From an uncultured Pseudomonadota bacterium (GTDB taxonomy: Bacteria; Pseudomonadota; Gammaproteobacteria; Natronospirales; REEB76), in NCBI GenBank assembly GCA_963817285.1, contig CAWFOE010000008.1, positions 123,577-187,576 of the forward strand: a stretch of DNA of 64,000 nt. Reading direction: 5' to 3'. The notes beneath the pieces are model-generated. The model saw only the letters and a program-made list of their open reading frames with translations. It made no database searches and was not told where the DNA came from. Below, piece after piece: positions 1 to 13,059 of this stretch (positions are counted from its first letter, which is position 1; each line of letters starts with the position of its first letter). The position numbers were made by a program, and so were the translations under genes.

Positions 1-114
1 CCGGCCAAAGGCCAGGTGGAGCGTGTCTCGCGCATCCACAGGGAACTGTTGCGCGCCGCCGGCATCGAACCCTTCGTACGCTCCGCAGGCCGCCGCAAAC
101 CCGTGGAGAAGTGA
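1..114 (+). CDS. 3' end of an unidentified CDS (partial, enters from upstream of the window)
   Basis: Frame 1 is open from base 1 to TGA at 112-114 (...RIHRELLRAAGIEPFVRSAGRRKPVEK*). No family recognised. Confidence 0.3.
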   Translation, partial: PAKGQVERVSRIHRELLRAAGIEPFVRSAGRRKPVEK

Positions 115-192
115 TCGCTCGCCGTGGACCTCGTGGGTCTACGCGTGGACGGTGTAGGGGTTTTGGCATTAAGGTGAACCGCGGAGGTACAC

Positions 193-1159
193 ATGGTCGC
201 GGATAAACGGGCAGTGGCTCATGAAAGCCAAGTCCATCCCCATATGCGTAAGCTCGAGCAAGCCCTCACGGAGGCGAATCGTGTGGTGCTCGGCAAGGAC
301 CCACAGATCCGACTCTGCCTCGCTTGCTTGCTGGCCGGCGGCCATCTGCTCATCGAAGACATCCCCGGCGTGGGCAAGACCACACTCGCCCATACCCTCG
401 CGCGGGTGCTCGGTCTCTCCTATCAGCGCATCCAGTTCACCAGCGACTTATTGCCGGCGGACATCATCGGCGCATCCATCTTCGAGCGGCAGACCGAGAC
501 CTTCCGGTTCCATCCGGGTCCGATCTTCGCGCAGCTGATCCTCGCGGACGAAGTGAACCGTGCTACCCCTAAGACCCAGAGCGCACTCCTGGAAGCCATG
601 GAGGAACGACAGGTGACGGTGGATGGCGAGACGCGCCCCCTGCCTCAGCCTTTCTTCGTCATCGCCACCCAGAATCCCTTGCACCAAGTGGGCACCTTCC
701 CGCTGCCGGAATCCCAGCTGGACCGCTTCCTCATGCGCATCGAACTCGGTTACCCAGGCCAGGATGCGGAACGCGAACTGCTGCAGGGCCGTGACCGGCG
801 CGAGATCCTCGCTGCGCTGCAACCGGCCATGGACATGCGTGACCTCGCTGCATTGCGGGAAGCGACTTCCAAGATCCACGTATCCGACGCGCTCCTGGAT
901 TATCTGCAATCCCTGGTGCGCCATACCCGCAACTCAGCGGCGTACGAGAATGGTCTGTCGCCCCGTGCAGCGCTCGGACTGAAACACGCTGCCCAAGCCT
1001 GGGCGCTGCTGGCCGGCCGGCCCGGTGTGCTGCCGGAAGACCTGCAAGCGGTGTTGCCGGGTGTCGTGGGTCATCGTCTGCGCCCCCGCGGTGGCCAGGA
1101 TGCGCCACCCGCAGCGCAACTCGCCCGTCAACTGCTCGACAGCCGTCCCGATCCCTTAA
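193..1159 (+). CDS. MoxR-family AAA+ ATPase (frame slip near the 3' end in this sequence)
   Basis: Walker A 'GVGKTT', 'ILADEVNRATPKTQSALLEAMEE' and 'FFVIATQNP' motifs. The expected C-terminus '...AVPIP*' (TAA 1157-1159) is in the next frame, implying an indel at about 1135-1145. The 653-aa track ORF 193..2154 is a read-through artefact. Confidence 0.85.
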
Positions 1160-1162
1160 GCC

Positions 1163-2154
1163 ATGTTCACCGCCCTGCGCGCACGATTCCGGCGCCGCAT
1201 CCGGGAATGGGCCCGCAGCCGCCAAGGGCCCGATGGCCGGCGCGTGACCATCGCCCAGCGTCGCCTCTACATCCTACCCACCGGCCAGGGACTGCTCTTC
1301 GGCGTCTCGGTGTTCGTGATGATGCTGGCCTCCATGAACTACGCGAACAGCATGGGCTTCATGCTGGTGTTCCTCCTGGCGTCTCTCGGCATGGTGGCCA
1401 TGAACGCCACCCACGCGAACCTCCTGGGGCTGGCAGATCGATGGGTGAACGTGGAACCGGTGTTCGCCGGCGAGACTGCACGCTTCCAGGTGAAGGTCTC
1501 CAACGCCGGCCGCCAGCTGCGCACTGGCGTGACGCTGGGCGCGGAGGCGGACGAACGCACCATCACCAACGATATCCCGGCGGCCTCAGACAGTCTCGCT
1601 CCCGTGCCGCTCGATCACCACACGCCGCGGCTGGCAGCCCGTCGGCAGACTGGCGGTGGAGACCACCTATCCGCTGGCACTGTTCCATGCCTGGAGTTGG
1701 GCCTATATGGATTGGCGGGTGCTGGTGTATCCGGCACCGGCAGAACGAGGCGCCCCCCATGCCGGAGCCCCTGGGTGGTCGGGGCCTCGGCCGACCTAAC
1801 GACCAGGGAGAAGATGACTTCAGCGGACTGCGTACGTACCAGCCTGGCGATTCACCCCGGCGCATCGCCTGGAAAGCGTCTGCCAAGGAACGGGAGCTGC
1901 TCACCAAACGCTTCTCTGGCACCGGTGAGGAAGCCCGCTGGTTCGATTGGGCTGAACTTGCCGGTCTGGGTGACGAAGCCCGCCTCTCGATCCTGTGCCG
2001 CTGGGTGTTGGAAGCCCACGCCGAAGAGTTAGCTTATGGCTTACGCATGCCCGGCATGCTGATCGTGCCCGCTGCCGGTGAAGAGCAGCGGGACCGCTGC
2101 CTGAAAGCCCTGGCGCTCTTCGGCACGGATAGCACGATGGAAACGGCTGCATGA
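1163..2154 (+). CDS. DUF58 domain protein (at least 2 frame slips)
   Basis: N-terminus with TM helices in frame 2 (MFTALRARF...). Middle 'RLAVETTYPLALFHAWSWAYMDWRVLVYPAP' in frame 0. C-terminus 'DDFSGLRTYQPGDSPRRIAWKASAK' in frame 1. Sits between MoxR and transglutaminase genes as in the conserved triad. Slips at about 1600-1640 and 1745-1760. Confidence 0.8.
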
Positions 2155-4130
2155 CGCCAGACCAGCAGCCCCTGGATTACGCACGGCGTATGGAACAGCA
2201 GCGGCTCGGTTGGACGCTGCTGGCGCTCGTCGCCATGGCAGCGCCCCATGTACCCAACATCGCGCCCTGGATCACCGCCGTGGCCCTGCTGCTCGGCTTC
2301 TGGCGCGTGGCCTGCGCTTGGCGCGGCTGGACGCTACCCTCCCGCAAACTGCTCATGGCACTTGCCATCGGCGAACTGGTCTGCGTGCTGCTCACTTATC
2401 GCACCATCAACGGGCCGGAGCCCGGAGCGGCTCTCCTGCTCCTGCTCGCCACTCTCAAGCTCATGGAGTCAAAGGGCTTGCGGGATTATTTCCTGGTGAT
2501 GATCACGGCCTATTTCATCGGCCTCGCCAACTTCCTCTACGACCAGACTGTGCCATTGGCCCTCTACATGATCCCCGCGGTGTGGATCACCACCGTGGCG
2601 CTCCTGAACGTGGGGCACCCGGACCCTGAGCGCAGCTTCAGGGCTTCTCTCCGCGCCACCGGCCGCCTGCTCTTGCCGGCCCTGCCCCTGGCAGCGGTAT
2701 TGTTCCTGCTGTTCCCGCGCATCTCGGGCCCTTTATGGGGTTTCGCTTCCCAGAAGCACGCGGGTGTCACCGGACTCTCTTCGAGCATGACGCCGGGAGA
2801 CTTGAGCGAACTCGCCCAATCGGATGAGATCGCCTTCAGGGTGAAGTTCGAAGGGCAAGCGCCGCGACCAAGCGCCCTCTATTGGCGCGCCATGGTGCTG
2901 CATGACTACGACGGCAAGACCTGGAGCAGCGGTAACCTGCCCTGGCACCGACAACTAGAGCTCAGCACCCGCGGCCAGGCGGTGAACTACCAAGTCACCC
3001 TGGAGCCCACCAATCTCTCCATCCTCTATGCACTGGACCTGCCGTCGAAGATACCGGAGGATACAGGGCTCTCGGCCAGCTACGAGATAGACACCCGCAC
3101 GCCGGTCACTGAACGCAAACTCTATAGCGCCACGTCGTACACCGATTACAGCTATGGCGCGAACATGCCCAACTGGATGCTGCGGCGCGACCTGCAGCTG
3201 CCCCGAGACGATCCCCGAGCCCATGCGCTGGCGACAGAATGGAGCAACACCGCCAAGTCGCCCGAACAGGTGGTGCAGGATGCGCTCACCATGTTCCACC
3301 AGGAGAAGTTCTCCTACACCCTGCAGCCGGGAGTATTGAGCGGCGACGACCGGATCGACCAGTTCCTGTTCGATACGCGGCGCGGCTTCTGCGAACACTA
3401 TGCGGGTGCCTTCGTGTATCTCATGCGGGCCGCCGGCATCCCGGCTCACGTAGTCATCGGTTATCAGGGCGGTGAGCTGAACCCCGTGGATGGTTATTAC
3501 GTGGTGCGCCAGCAAGAAGCCCATGCCTGGGCGGAGGTCTGGCTGGCTGGCAAGGGCTGGGTGCGGGTGGACCCCACTGCTGCAGTAGACCCGGCCCGTG
3601 TGGAACAGGGTCTCGAGGCTTCACTGCCGGAAGATGAAGTAGCGGATTCCTTCTACATCGCGCACCCCTGGTTCGGGGATGTGCGCAATAGCTGGGATGC
3701 TCTGAACACTGGATGGAACGAATGGGTACTGGCTTACGGTCCGGAACTGCAAGAGAAGTTCTACAAGAAGGTCGGTCTCGACTACGGCGATTGGCTGCAG
3801 CTCGCCCTGGTGCTGGCACTCTGCATCGTCCTGACCCTCGGCTTCTTCTGGCTCTATCTCCTATGGGAACGACGCCGACCGGGAGCTGCGCCGGTAGTAC
3901 GGGATTACGCCCGCTTCTGCGCGCGCTTGGCTCGCATCGGCTTCAGGCGCCAGGCCCATGAGGGTCCGCTGGATTACGGGATACGAGTGGCGCGAGCGCG
4001 TCCAGATCTGGAACGCCAGGTGCTGGACATCACAGACCGCTACATAGAACTACGTTATCTCGACGATGGTGACCGCCACCACTTCAATAAGCTCGTGCGC
4101 GGGTTCCGCCCGGCAAGATCAGCTCGCTGA
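2151..4130 (+). CDS. Transglutaminase-like membrane protein (TgpA-like; N-terminal multi-TM region plus transglutaminase core)
   Basis: Intact 659-aa ORF with ATGA overlap onto the DUF58 stop. Core 'RRGFCEHYAGAFVYLMRAAGIPAHVVIGYQGG ... EAHAWAEVW ... WVRVDPT'. Confidence 0.85.
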   Translation: MTPDQQPLDYARRMEQQRLGWTLLALVAMAAPHVPNIAPWITAVALLLGFWRVACAWRGWTLPSRKLLMALAIGELVCVLLTYRTINGPEPGAALLLLLATLKLMESKGLRDYFLVMITAYFIGLANFLYDQTVPLALYMIPAVWITTVALLNVGHPDPERSFRASLRATGRLLLPALPLAAVLFLLFPRISGPLWGFASQKHAGVTGLSSSMTPGDLSELAQSDEIAFRVKFEGQAPRPSALYWRAMVLHDYDGKTWSSGNLPWHRQLELSTRGQAVNYQVTLEPTNLSILYALDLPSKIPEDTGLSASYEIDTRTPVTERKLYSATSYTDYSYGANMPNWMLRRDLQLPRDDPRAHALATEWSNTAKSPEQVVQDALTMFHQEKFSYTLQPGVLSGDDRIDQFLFDTRRGFCEHYAGAFVYLMRAAGIPAHVVIGYQGGELNPVDGYYVVRQQEAHAWAEVWLAGKGWVRVDPTAAVDPARVEQGLEASLPEDEVADSFYIAHPWFGDVRNSWDALNTGWNEWVLAYGPELQEKFYKKVGLDYGDWLQLALVLALCIVLTLGFFWLYLLWERRRPGAAPVVRDYARFCARLARIGFRRQAHEGPLDYGIRVARARPDLERQVLDITDRYIELRYLDDGDRHHFNKLVRGFRPARSAR

Positions 4131-5375
4131 GCCCTTCACGGACTCGACCCGGGATAGCAGGAAGGCGCCCACGGCGAACAAGATGATCACTGAGAGGATG
4201 GAAGCCCGCGGGCTACCCGTCATGAGGCTCACGGTTCCGATGAGCACCGGACCGATGATGGCGGCGAACTCACCCAGCATGTTATAGAAACCGAAGAACT
4301 CCCCAGCCCGCTCTGCCGGCACGAGACGCGCGTAGTAAGAGCGGCTCAAGAGCTGCACCCCGCCCTGCACCAAGCCGATCATGGCCGCCAGTAGATAGAA
4401 CTGCCAGGCGGCGTGCATGAAGGAAGCGAACACCGACACGAACACGTAGACAGATAGGCCGATGAAGATGCCGTGCTTCGGTCCGATGCGCTCACCGATG
4501 CGACCGAATATCAGGGCTGCCGGTATCCCCACGAACTGCACCAGTACAACCGCGGCGATGAGGTCGCTGGTACCGAAACCGATGGCTTTGCCGTAGTCCA
4601 CTGCCATCTGGATGATGGTGTTGACGCCGTCTATGTAGACCCAATAGGCGATGAGGAACATGAACACGGGCTTGTAGCTGCGCACATGGCGGAAGGTGTC
4701 GCCCAGCTGCCGTAGACCCTGCTTGATCGCCGTGCCGAGACTCTCGCCGGTAGACGCCATGGGTTCCGGTACCCAGAACCAGAGGGGGATGGAGAACAGG
4801 AGCCACCAGACGGCGGTGAGCACGAGGATGACTTTCACCGCCGATGCTGCGTCTTCGAGACCGAACCATTGCGGCTTCTGGCTCATGGCGAGCCCTAGCA
4901 CCAGGAACAGGCCACCGCCGAGATAACCCGAGAAGTAGCCGATGGCGGAGGTCATATCGAACTTGCCGGGCTCCGCCACGCTCACCAGCATGGAATCCCC
5001 GAACACGTTACCCCACCAATAACCGATGGACGCTGCCATGAAGAAGAACATGGCCCACTGCCATTGCCCCAGACCCACGAAGTGCAAAGCGAACACCATG
5101 ACGACCCCGAGGAAAGCCGAGCCCATGAGGAAGCGTTTCTTGTGCCCGCCCTTGTCGGCGATGGCGCCCAGGATGGGCGCCGTGAGGGCCACGATCAGGC
5201 TGGCGCCTGAATTGGCGAGACCGAGACGGAACGTGCTGACGCTGGCGTCGACCCCGTGGTTCCAGTAATCCTTGAAGAAGATGGGGAAGAAGACCGTGAT
5301 GATAGCGGTGGTGAACGCGTGGTTGCCCCAGTAGTACAGGGCCCAACCTTTCACCTTGCGGCTCAGCTTCAGCAT
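4119..5375 (-). CDS. MFS transporter (UMF1/Atg22-like family, recollection-level call)
   Basis: Intact 418-aa ORF, hydrophobic throughout with about 12 TM-like segments. Convergent 12-nt overlap with the transglutaminase gene. Confidence 0.7.
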   Translation of the reverse strand: MLKLSRKVKGWALYYWGNHAFTTAIITVFFPIFFKDYWNHGVDASVSTFRLGLANSGASLIVALTAPILGAIADKGGHKKRFLMGSAFLGVVMVFALHFVGLGQWQWAMFFFMAASIGYWWGNVFGDSMLVSVAEPGKFDMTSAIGYFSGYLGGGLFLVLGLAMSQKPQWFGLEDAASAVKVILVLTAVWWLLFSIPLWFWVPEPMASTGESLGTAIKQGLRQLGDTFRHVRSYKPVFMFLIAYWVYIDGVNTIIQMAVDYGKAIGFGTSDLIAAVVLVQFVGIPAALIFGRIGERIGPKHGIFIGLSVYVFVSVFASFMHAAWQFYLLAAMIGLVQGGVQLLSRSYYARLVPAERAGEFFGFYNMLGEFAAIIGPVLIGTVSLMTGSPRASILSVIILFAVGAFLLSRVESVKGSAS

Positions 5376-5549
5376 GTCTCACCCCCATAATCGGAAGGGT
5401 TAGCCTAGCACGTAAGCCTTTCAAAAGCGTCGCGAGCGCAGGCAGGACGAGGCGCGCGAGGCGAGTACCCGGTGCGTACTCTTATGTACGTGAGGGCGGC
5501 GAGTCGCAGCGCAACAAAGTCATGGCAAGCGCAGCAGCTTTTGAATGGC

Positions 5550-7149
5550 TTACGCGGCTAATGCGGTCTCGATACCGTGTTCACGCGTCTTACGGAAGCG
5601 CACATCCGGCCAGCGTTCCTGGGTGAGCTGCAGGTTCACCTGGGTAGGGGCTATGTAGACCAAGCTGCCGGTGTGATCCAGCGCCAGGTTGTCGAAGGCC
5701 TTGTCCCGAAATTCCTCCAGGCGCTTCTCGTCGTCACATTCCACCCAGCGGGCAGTGGCCACGGAGATGCCTTCGAAGATGCATTCCACGCCGTACTCTT
5801 CCTTCAAGCGGAAAGCGACGACGTCGAACTGCAGCAGGCCCACGGCCCCCAGGATCAGCTCGTTGCTGCGCAGAGGCTTGAACAGCTGGGTGGCGCCCTC
5901 TTCGCAGAGCTGGGCCAGACCCTTGTTGAGGGCTTTGGCTTTCAGCGGGATCCTTGAGGATGGCACGGCGGAATATCTCCGGCGCGAAGTTGGGGATCCC
6001 GGTGAAGGTGAGGGTCTCGCCCTGGGTGAATGTGTCGCCGATGGCCACGGTGCCGTGGTTATGCACGCCGATGATGTCGCCGGCATAGGCTTCTTCCACC
6101 CGCTCGCGATCCGCCGCCATGAAGGTCATGGCATCGGCGATCTTCACTTCACGGCCGATACGCACATGTTTCACGCGCATACCGGGCACGTAACGCCCCG
6201 AGCACAGGCGCACGAAAGCGATGCGATCGTGGTGCTGCGGGTCCATGTTAGCCTGGATCTTAAACACGAACCCCGTGAGCTTCTCCTCGCCCGGTTGCAC
6301 TTCCCGGCTGGAGGTGGCCCGGGGGCGCGGCGCGGGAGCATGGGCCACGAACTCGTCCAAGAGTTCGCGCACGCCGAAGTTGCTGATGGCGGAACCGAAG
6401 AACACCGGCGTGAGACGGCCAGCTAGGTACTCTGCCAGATCGAAGTCATGGGAAGCGCCGCGCACCAGCTCCACTTCGGCGCGATAGCTCTCGGCGTCGG
6501 AGCCCAGGAGTTCGCCGGCTTCCGCGCTCATCAGGCCCTGGATGACCCGGGTCTCGCCCAGGCGTCCGCTCTTCTCACCCTCATAGATGTGGATGCGGTC
6601 CGTACCAAAATGGTAGATGCCCTTGAGAGCCCGGCCCATGCCGATGGGCCAGGTGACTGGCGCGCAACGGATCTTGAGCACGGACTCTACTTCGTCCAGT
6701 AGCACCATGGGATCCCGGGCATCCCGATCCAGTTTGTTGATGAAGGTCATGATGGGTGTGTCTCGCAGACGGCACACGTCCATGAGCTTGATGGTGCGCT
6801 CTTCCACACCCTTGGCGCAGTCGATGACCATGAGCGCCGAATCCACAGCTGTCAGAGTGCGATAGGTGTCTTCGGAGAAGTCCTCGTGGCCCGGGGTGTC
6901 CAGCAGGTTCACGATGCAGTCGCGATAAGGGAACTGCATGACCGAGGAGGTCACGGAGATACCGCGTTGCTGCTCCAGCTTCATCCAATCGGAAGTGGCG
7001 TGGCGCGCGGCCTTACGGCCTTTCACGGCGCCCGCCATCTGGATGGCGCCGCCGAACAACAGGAGCTTCTCCGTCAGCGTGGTCTTGCCGGCGTCCGGAT
7101 GGGAGATGATGGCGAAGGTACGCCGCCGGCGGATTTCCTGGTCCAACAT
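5550..7149 (-). CDS. prfC: Peptide chain release factor 3 (one frame slip at about 5948)
   Basis: GTPase motifs '[18 protein letters not shown]', 'DTPGHEDF', 'NKLDR'. The C-terminal part '...[52 protein letters not shown]...' continues in the 5550..6086 frame. Confidence 0.9.
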
Positions 7150-7206
7150 GCCGTCTGAGCCCTGAGGTTAGGTCACAAAGCCGGCTATTTTACCCGATAC
7201 CAGGGC

Positions 7207-7680
7207 TCAGCTTACGGATAGGTCCTTGGCGAGGATGAGGGCATCTTCCCGGCCTTTCTCGCCCGGATAATAGTTCTTGCGCATGCCCACTTCGTTGAAG
7301 CCCCGCCCGCGGTAGAGGGCGATGGCCTGATGGTTGGAGAGGCGCACTTCCAGGAACATCTGCCCCGCGCCACGTTCCTGGGCCAGCTCCATGAAGTGAT
7401 CCAAGAGCAGCCGACCGTAGCCCTGGCGCTGCCAATCCGGGGAGACACAGATGTTGAGGAGATGAGCCTCGCCCACCACCAGGGACATGACGCCGTAGCC
7501 CGCTACCTGGCCTGAGAGTTCCAAGACCCAGCAGCAATAACCCACCCTCAGGCAATCCCGGAAGATGCCGTCGGTCCAATGGAACTGGTAGGCGCTGCGC
7601 TCAATCTCCATGACCAGGCGCAGGTCCCCCTCGTGCATGGGCCGGCAGACCGGCAACTCATGCTTCACTACCGCGCTCAC
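7207..7680 (-). CDS. rimI: Ribosomal-protein-alanine N-acetyltransferase (GNAT)
   Basis: Intact 157-aa GNAT ORF ('QRQGYGRLLL', 'ALYRGRGFNEVGMRKNYYP'). 4-nt overlap with the upstream UDG gene. Confidence 0.7.
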   Translation of the reverse strand: MSAVVKHELPVCRPMHEGDLRLVMEIERSAYQFHWTDGIFRDCLRVGYCCWVLELSGQVAGYGVMSLVVGEAHLLNICVSPDWQRQGYGRLLLDHFMELAQERGAGQMFLEVRLSNHQAIALYRGRGFNEVGMRKNYYPGEKGREDALILAKDLSVS

Positions 7681-8405
7681 GGCGCCGCTTCCTTGAGGGT
7701 CTGCACCGCGAGCTTGAGATCAGTCCAGGACTTGCGCTTCTCGCCGGGTGAGCGCAGCAGGTAGGCGGGATGGTAGGTGACCACCACAGGCACGCCACCT
7801 AGGCGATGTACGGTGCCGCGCAGACGGCCGATGGTGGTGTCGGTATGCAGCAGGTTCTGGGCCGCGATACGCCCCACCGCCAGGATGATCTTGGGCTGGA
7901 TGAGCGCGATCTGACGCTCCAGGAAGGGGCGGCAGAGCTCGGCTTCTTCCGGTTTGGGGTCGCGGTTACCGGGAGGTCGGCATTTCAGCACGTTGGCGAT
8001 GTAGACCTGCTCGCGCTTGAGGCCGATGGCCATGAGCATGGAATTCAGGAGCTGTCCGGCGCGGCCAACGAAGGGCTCACCTTGCCGATCTTCATCGGCC
8101 CCCGGCGCTTCACCGATGACAAGCCATCTCGCACTCTCATCACCCACACCGAACACGGTCTGGGTGCAACCGGCGCGCAGCCCGCAAGCAGTGCACTCCT
8201 TCACGGCAGCCTTGAGGGCGGTCCAATCCATGGCAGCGATGGCGGCAGCCCGCTCACCGGGTGCGACGCTGAGCTGCACGCTGACGGAAGCGGCCGGCGC
8301 TTGCGTGGGTCGAGCGGGTCTTAAGGCTTGGGCGGTGGCAGCGCGTCTCGAGACCCAGGGCGTGATGCCGAGGTCATGCAGGCGGCCGAGGCGTTTCGCA
8401 TCCAT
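7677..8405 (-). CDS. Uracil-DNA glycosylase, family 4
   Basis: 'CTACGL...C', '[29 protein letters not shown]' and '[12 protein letters not shown]' motifs. Confidence 0.8.
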   Translation of the reverse strand: MDAKRLGRLHDLGITPWVSRRAATAQALRPARPTQAPAASVSVQLSVAPGERAAAIAAMDWTALKAAVKECTACGLRAGCTQTVFGVGDESARWLVIGEAPGADEDRQGEPFVGRAGQLLNSMLMAIGLKREQVYIANVLKCRPPGNRDPKPEEAELCRPFLERQIALIQPKIILAVGRIAAQNLLHTDTTIGRLRGTVHRLGGVPVVVTYHPAYLLRSPGEKRKSWTDLKLAVQTLKEAAP

Positions 8406-8415
8406 GGGAAGCGGC

Positions 8416-10315
<1,900 letters not shown>

Positions 10316-10395
10316 GGGGTCCGCCGCCGCTAGGCTCCAGGGAGCACAGGCCGTTAGAATACGGTCTTTCCGCTCCAAAACCTATAAGTACACCC

Positions 10396-12124
10396 ATGCG
10401 CGCCTCCCGCTTCCCGCTGAACACCGTCAAGGAAACCCCCGCCGATGCGGAGACCATGAGCCATAAGCTCATGCTGCGCTCCGGCATGCTGCGCAAGCTC
10501 GCCGCCGGCATCTATACCTGGACGCCGCTGGGCTTACGGGTGCTCGCTAAAGTAGAGGGCATCGTGCGCGAGGAGATGGACCGGGCCGGCGCCCTGGAGA
10601 TGCTCATGCCTTCGGTGCAGCCGCGGGAACTGTGGGAAGAGACGGGTCGCTGGGAGAAGTTCGGTGGACAGCTCCTCAAGATGAAGGATCGCAAGGACCA
10701 GGAATACTGCTACGGCCCCACCCATGAAGAGGTGGTGACGGATTGGGCTCGAGCGGAACTGAAGAGCTACAAACAGTTGCCCCTGAACGTCTACCAGATC
10801 CAGACCAAGTTCCGGGACGAGATCCGCCCGCGCTTCGGCGTGATGCGTGCCCGCGAGTTCATCATGAAGGACGCCTATTCCTTCCATGCGACAGAAACCG
10901 ATCTGGCGCGGGAATACCAGAACATGTACGACACCTATGCGCGTATCTTCACGCGCCTGGGCCTCAAGTTCCGCGCCGTGAAGGCCGACACCGGCGCCAT
11001 CGGCGGCAACGCCTCCCATGAGTTCCATGTGCTGGCCGAATCCGGTGAAGACGCCATCGCCTTCTCCTCCGGTTCCGATTACGCGGCCAACGTGGAGCTG
11101 GCGGAAGCCCTGGCGCCCGCCGGCCCGCGCCCGGCCCCGGGTGCCACGCTGGAGACGGTGGATACGCCCACCCAGAAGACCATCGATGAGCTGACGGCCT
11201 TCCTCAAGATCGATCCCGAAGCAGTGCGTGAAGACCATCATCGTGCGCGGCGAGAAGGGTCTGGTGGCTCTGTGCCTGCGCGGCGATCACGAGATAAACG
11301 AGGCGAAGGCCGCGAAGCTCCCGGAACTCCCAGGCGAGTCGGTGCTGGCGGACGAGAGCCGAGATCTGGAAAGCCATCCAGTGCAAGCCGGGCTTCATCG
11401 GCCCGGTGAAACTGCCCAAGGACATGCCCATGATCGTGGACCGGGCCGCGGCGGCAACTGACCGATTTCGTCTGCGGTGCCAACGAGGCGGGCAAGCATT
11501 ACAAAGGCGCCAACTGGGAGCGAGACGCGCATGTCACGCGGGTAGAAGATCTGCGCAAGGTGAAGGACGGCGATCCTTCACCCGATGGCAAGGGCACCTT
11601 GAGCATCGGCCGGGGCATCGAGGTGGGTCACGTGTTCTCCCTGGGCAGCCAAGTATGCGAAAGCCATGAGGCGCTACGGTGCTGGACCACCAGGGCAAGG
11701 CCGTGCCTCTGCAGATGGGCTGCTACGGCCTCGGCGTGACCCGGGTGGTGGCGGCAGCCATCGAACAGAACCACGACGAGCGCGGCATCATCTGGCCCGC
11801 ACCTCTCGACGCCTTTCGACGTCGCGCTCCTGCCCCTCAACATGGCGCAAGTCCGAGAAGCTCAAGGCCGCGGCTGAGAAACTCTATCAAGGAGCTGCAG
11901 GCCGCGGGCTATGACGTGCTCATGGACGACCGGGACCTGCGCCCCGGCCCCATGTTCGCGGACGTGGAACTCATCGGCATCCCGCACCGGTTGGTGCTGT
12001 CGGAGCGCGGTCTCGATGCGGGCACGGTGGAATACAAGGGTCGGCGCGATGCGGAAAACCAGAACATCCCCGCAGGCGAGCTCATGGCCTTCCTGAAGAA
12101 GCGGCTCCCGCCGCAGCCGCCTGA
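10396..12124 (+). CDS. proS: Proline--tRNA ligase (about 6-7 frame slips between 11220 and 12110)
   Basis: N-terminal 275 aa are intact ('[44 protein letters not shown]', '[31 protein letters not shown]'). Later pieces ('[24 protein letters not shown]', '[12 protein letters not shown]', '[11 protein letters not shown]', '[39 protein letters not shown]', '[18 protein letters not shown]') are scattered over all three frames. The 3' end is uncertain. Confidence 0.88.
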
Positions 12125-12700
12125 TGCGCGGACCGGGCTGGGATGGGGTCTACTGCTCGCCGGCCTCCTGGCCGGCAGCCCCGCCCATGCCCAGAAGTTC
12201 TCCACGCCGGATCCGGAGCTCATCGCCCTGGTGCAGCAGGCGGAGGACGATAAGAGGATTTCACGGACAAGTACGACGAGCAGGTCTGGCTCACGGATAT
12301 GTCCCTGCGTCTCGCGGACATCGTGCCGGACCCGGACGAACGCCTGAAGCTCCTCAAGATGATCCACGCGGAAGCGAGTCGCGCCCAGCTGCCACCGCAG
12401 CTGGTGCTGGCCCTCATCCAGGTGGAGAGCAAGTTCGACCCCTATGCCGTATCCCACGCCGGCGCTGTGGGTCTGATGCAGATCATGCCCTTCTGGCTGA
12501 AGCTCATCGGCCGGCCCGACGACAGTCTGGTGCACGCCAAGACCAACCTGCGCATGGGCTGCACCATCCTGAAGTATTACCTCGGCAAATCCCATGGCGA
12601 CATCCGCGAGGCGCTGCAACGCTACAACGGCGCCACGGTAGGGATCGACTATTCGGACAGCGTGCTCAAGGCCTTGAGCAGGAAATGGTCCTGGAACTGA
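12124..12700 (+). CDS. Lytic transglycosylase (SLT domain), secreted (2 frame slips at about 12135 and 12265)
   Basis: Signal-like '[18 protein letters not shown]'. SLT core '[30 protein letters not shown]' with the catalytic E in 'VES'. ATG 12124 overlaps a TGA (TGATG) that could be the proS stop. Confidence 0.75.
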
Positions 12701-13000
12701 GAGCTCTCAGCGGTCTTAAACCCCTCGGCAGCTCCTCGGTCTCTCGAACGTCAGCGATCTCGATCTGTTCGACCTTCGCTGCCGGTGGGCCTTGCCAAAG
12801 CCACTCAATCAACTCTTTAACCTTCGCTTCTTCTCCACAAGCCAGCACTTCGACCCGGCCGTCTGGCAGGTTCTTGGCATAGCCGGTGACACCAAGGCCC
12901 GGGCACGCTCGGCGGCGCTAGCACGGTAGAACACGCCCTGCACTTTGCGACCGGAAACCAAACAACGTTTGATAGACCCGCTGTGATGATCCTGACGCAA
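12666..13000 (-). CDS. acyP: Acylphosphatase (frame slip at about 12895; start uncertain, TTG 13000 or ATG 13048)
   Basis: '[22 protein letters not shown]' joins '[43 protein letters not shown]' across two frames. Confidence 0.7.
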
Positions 13001-13059
13001 TAAATGAGAAAGGCCCCTTGCGGGGCCTTTTCGCGCTATCGACTTCAAGAAGAAGGAGC

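Noticed and set aside
193-2154. 653-aa ORF that looks like a MoxR-DUF58 fusion protein
   Set aside because: The middle roughly 330 aa are low-complexity Arg/Pro/Gly-rich out-of-frame translation. The genuine MoxR C-terminus (AVPIP*) and the DUF58 N-terminus and middle lie in the other two frames. The ORF stays open only because of frame slips.
7150-7210. 9-bp inverted repeat TGAGCCCTG ... CAGGGCTCA between rimI and prfC as a regulatory element
   Set aside because: The arms are separated by about 36 nt of unremarkable sequence, and the right arm overlaps the rimI stop. It is plausible as a weak terminator but not distinctive enough to call.
11679-12347. 222-aa ORF joining the proS 3' end to a signal peptide
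   Set aside because: It is a chimera of the proS C-terminal region and the lytic transglycosylase N-terminus, produced by frame slips near 12100-12135.
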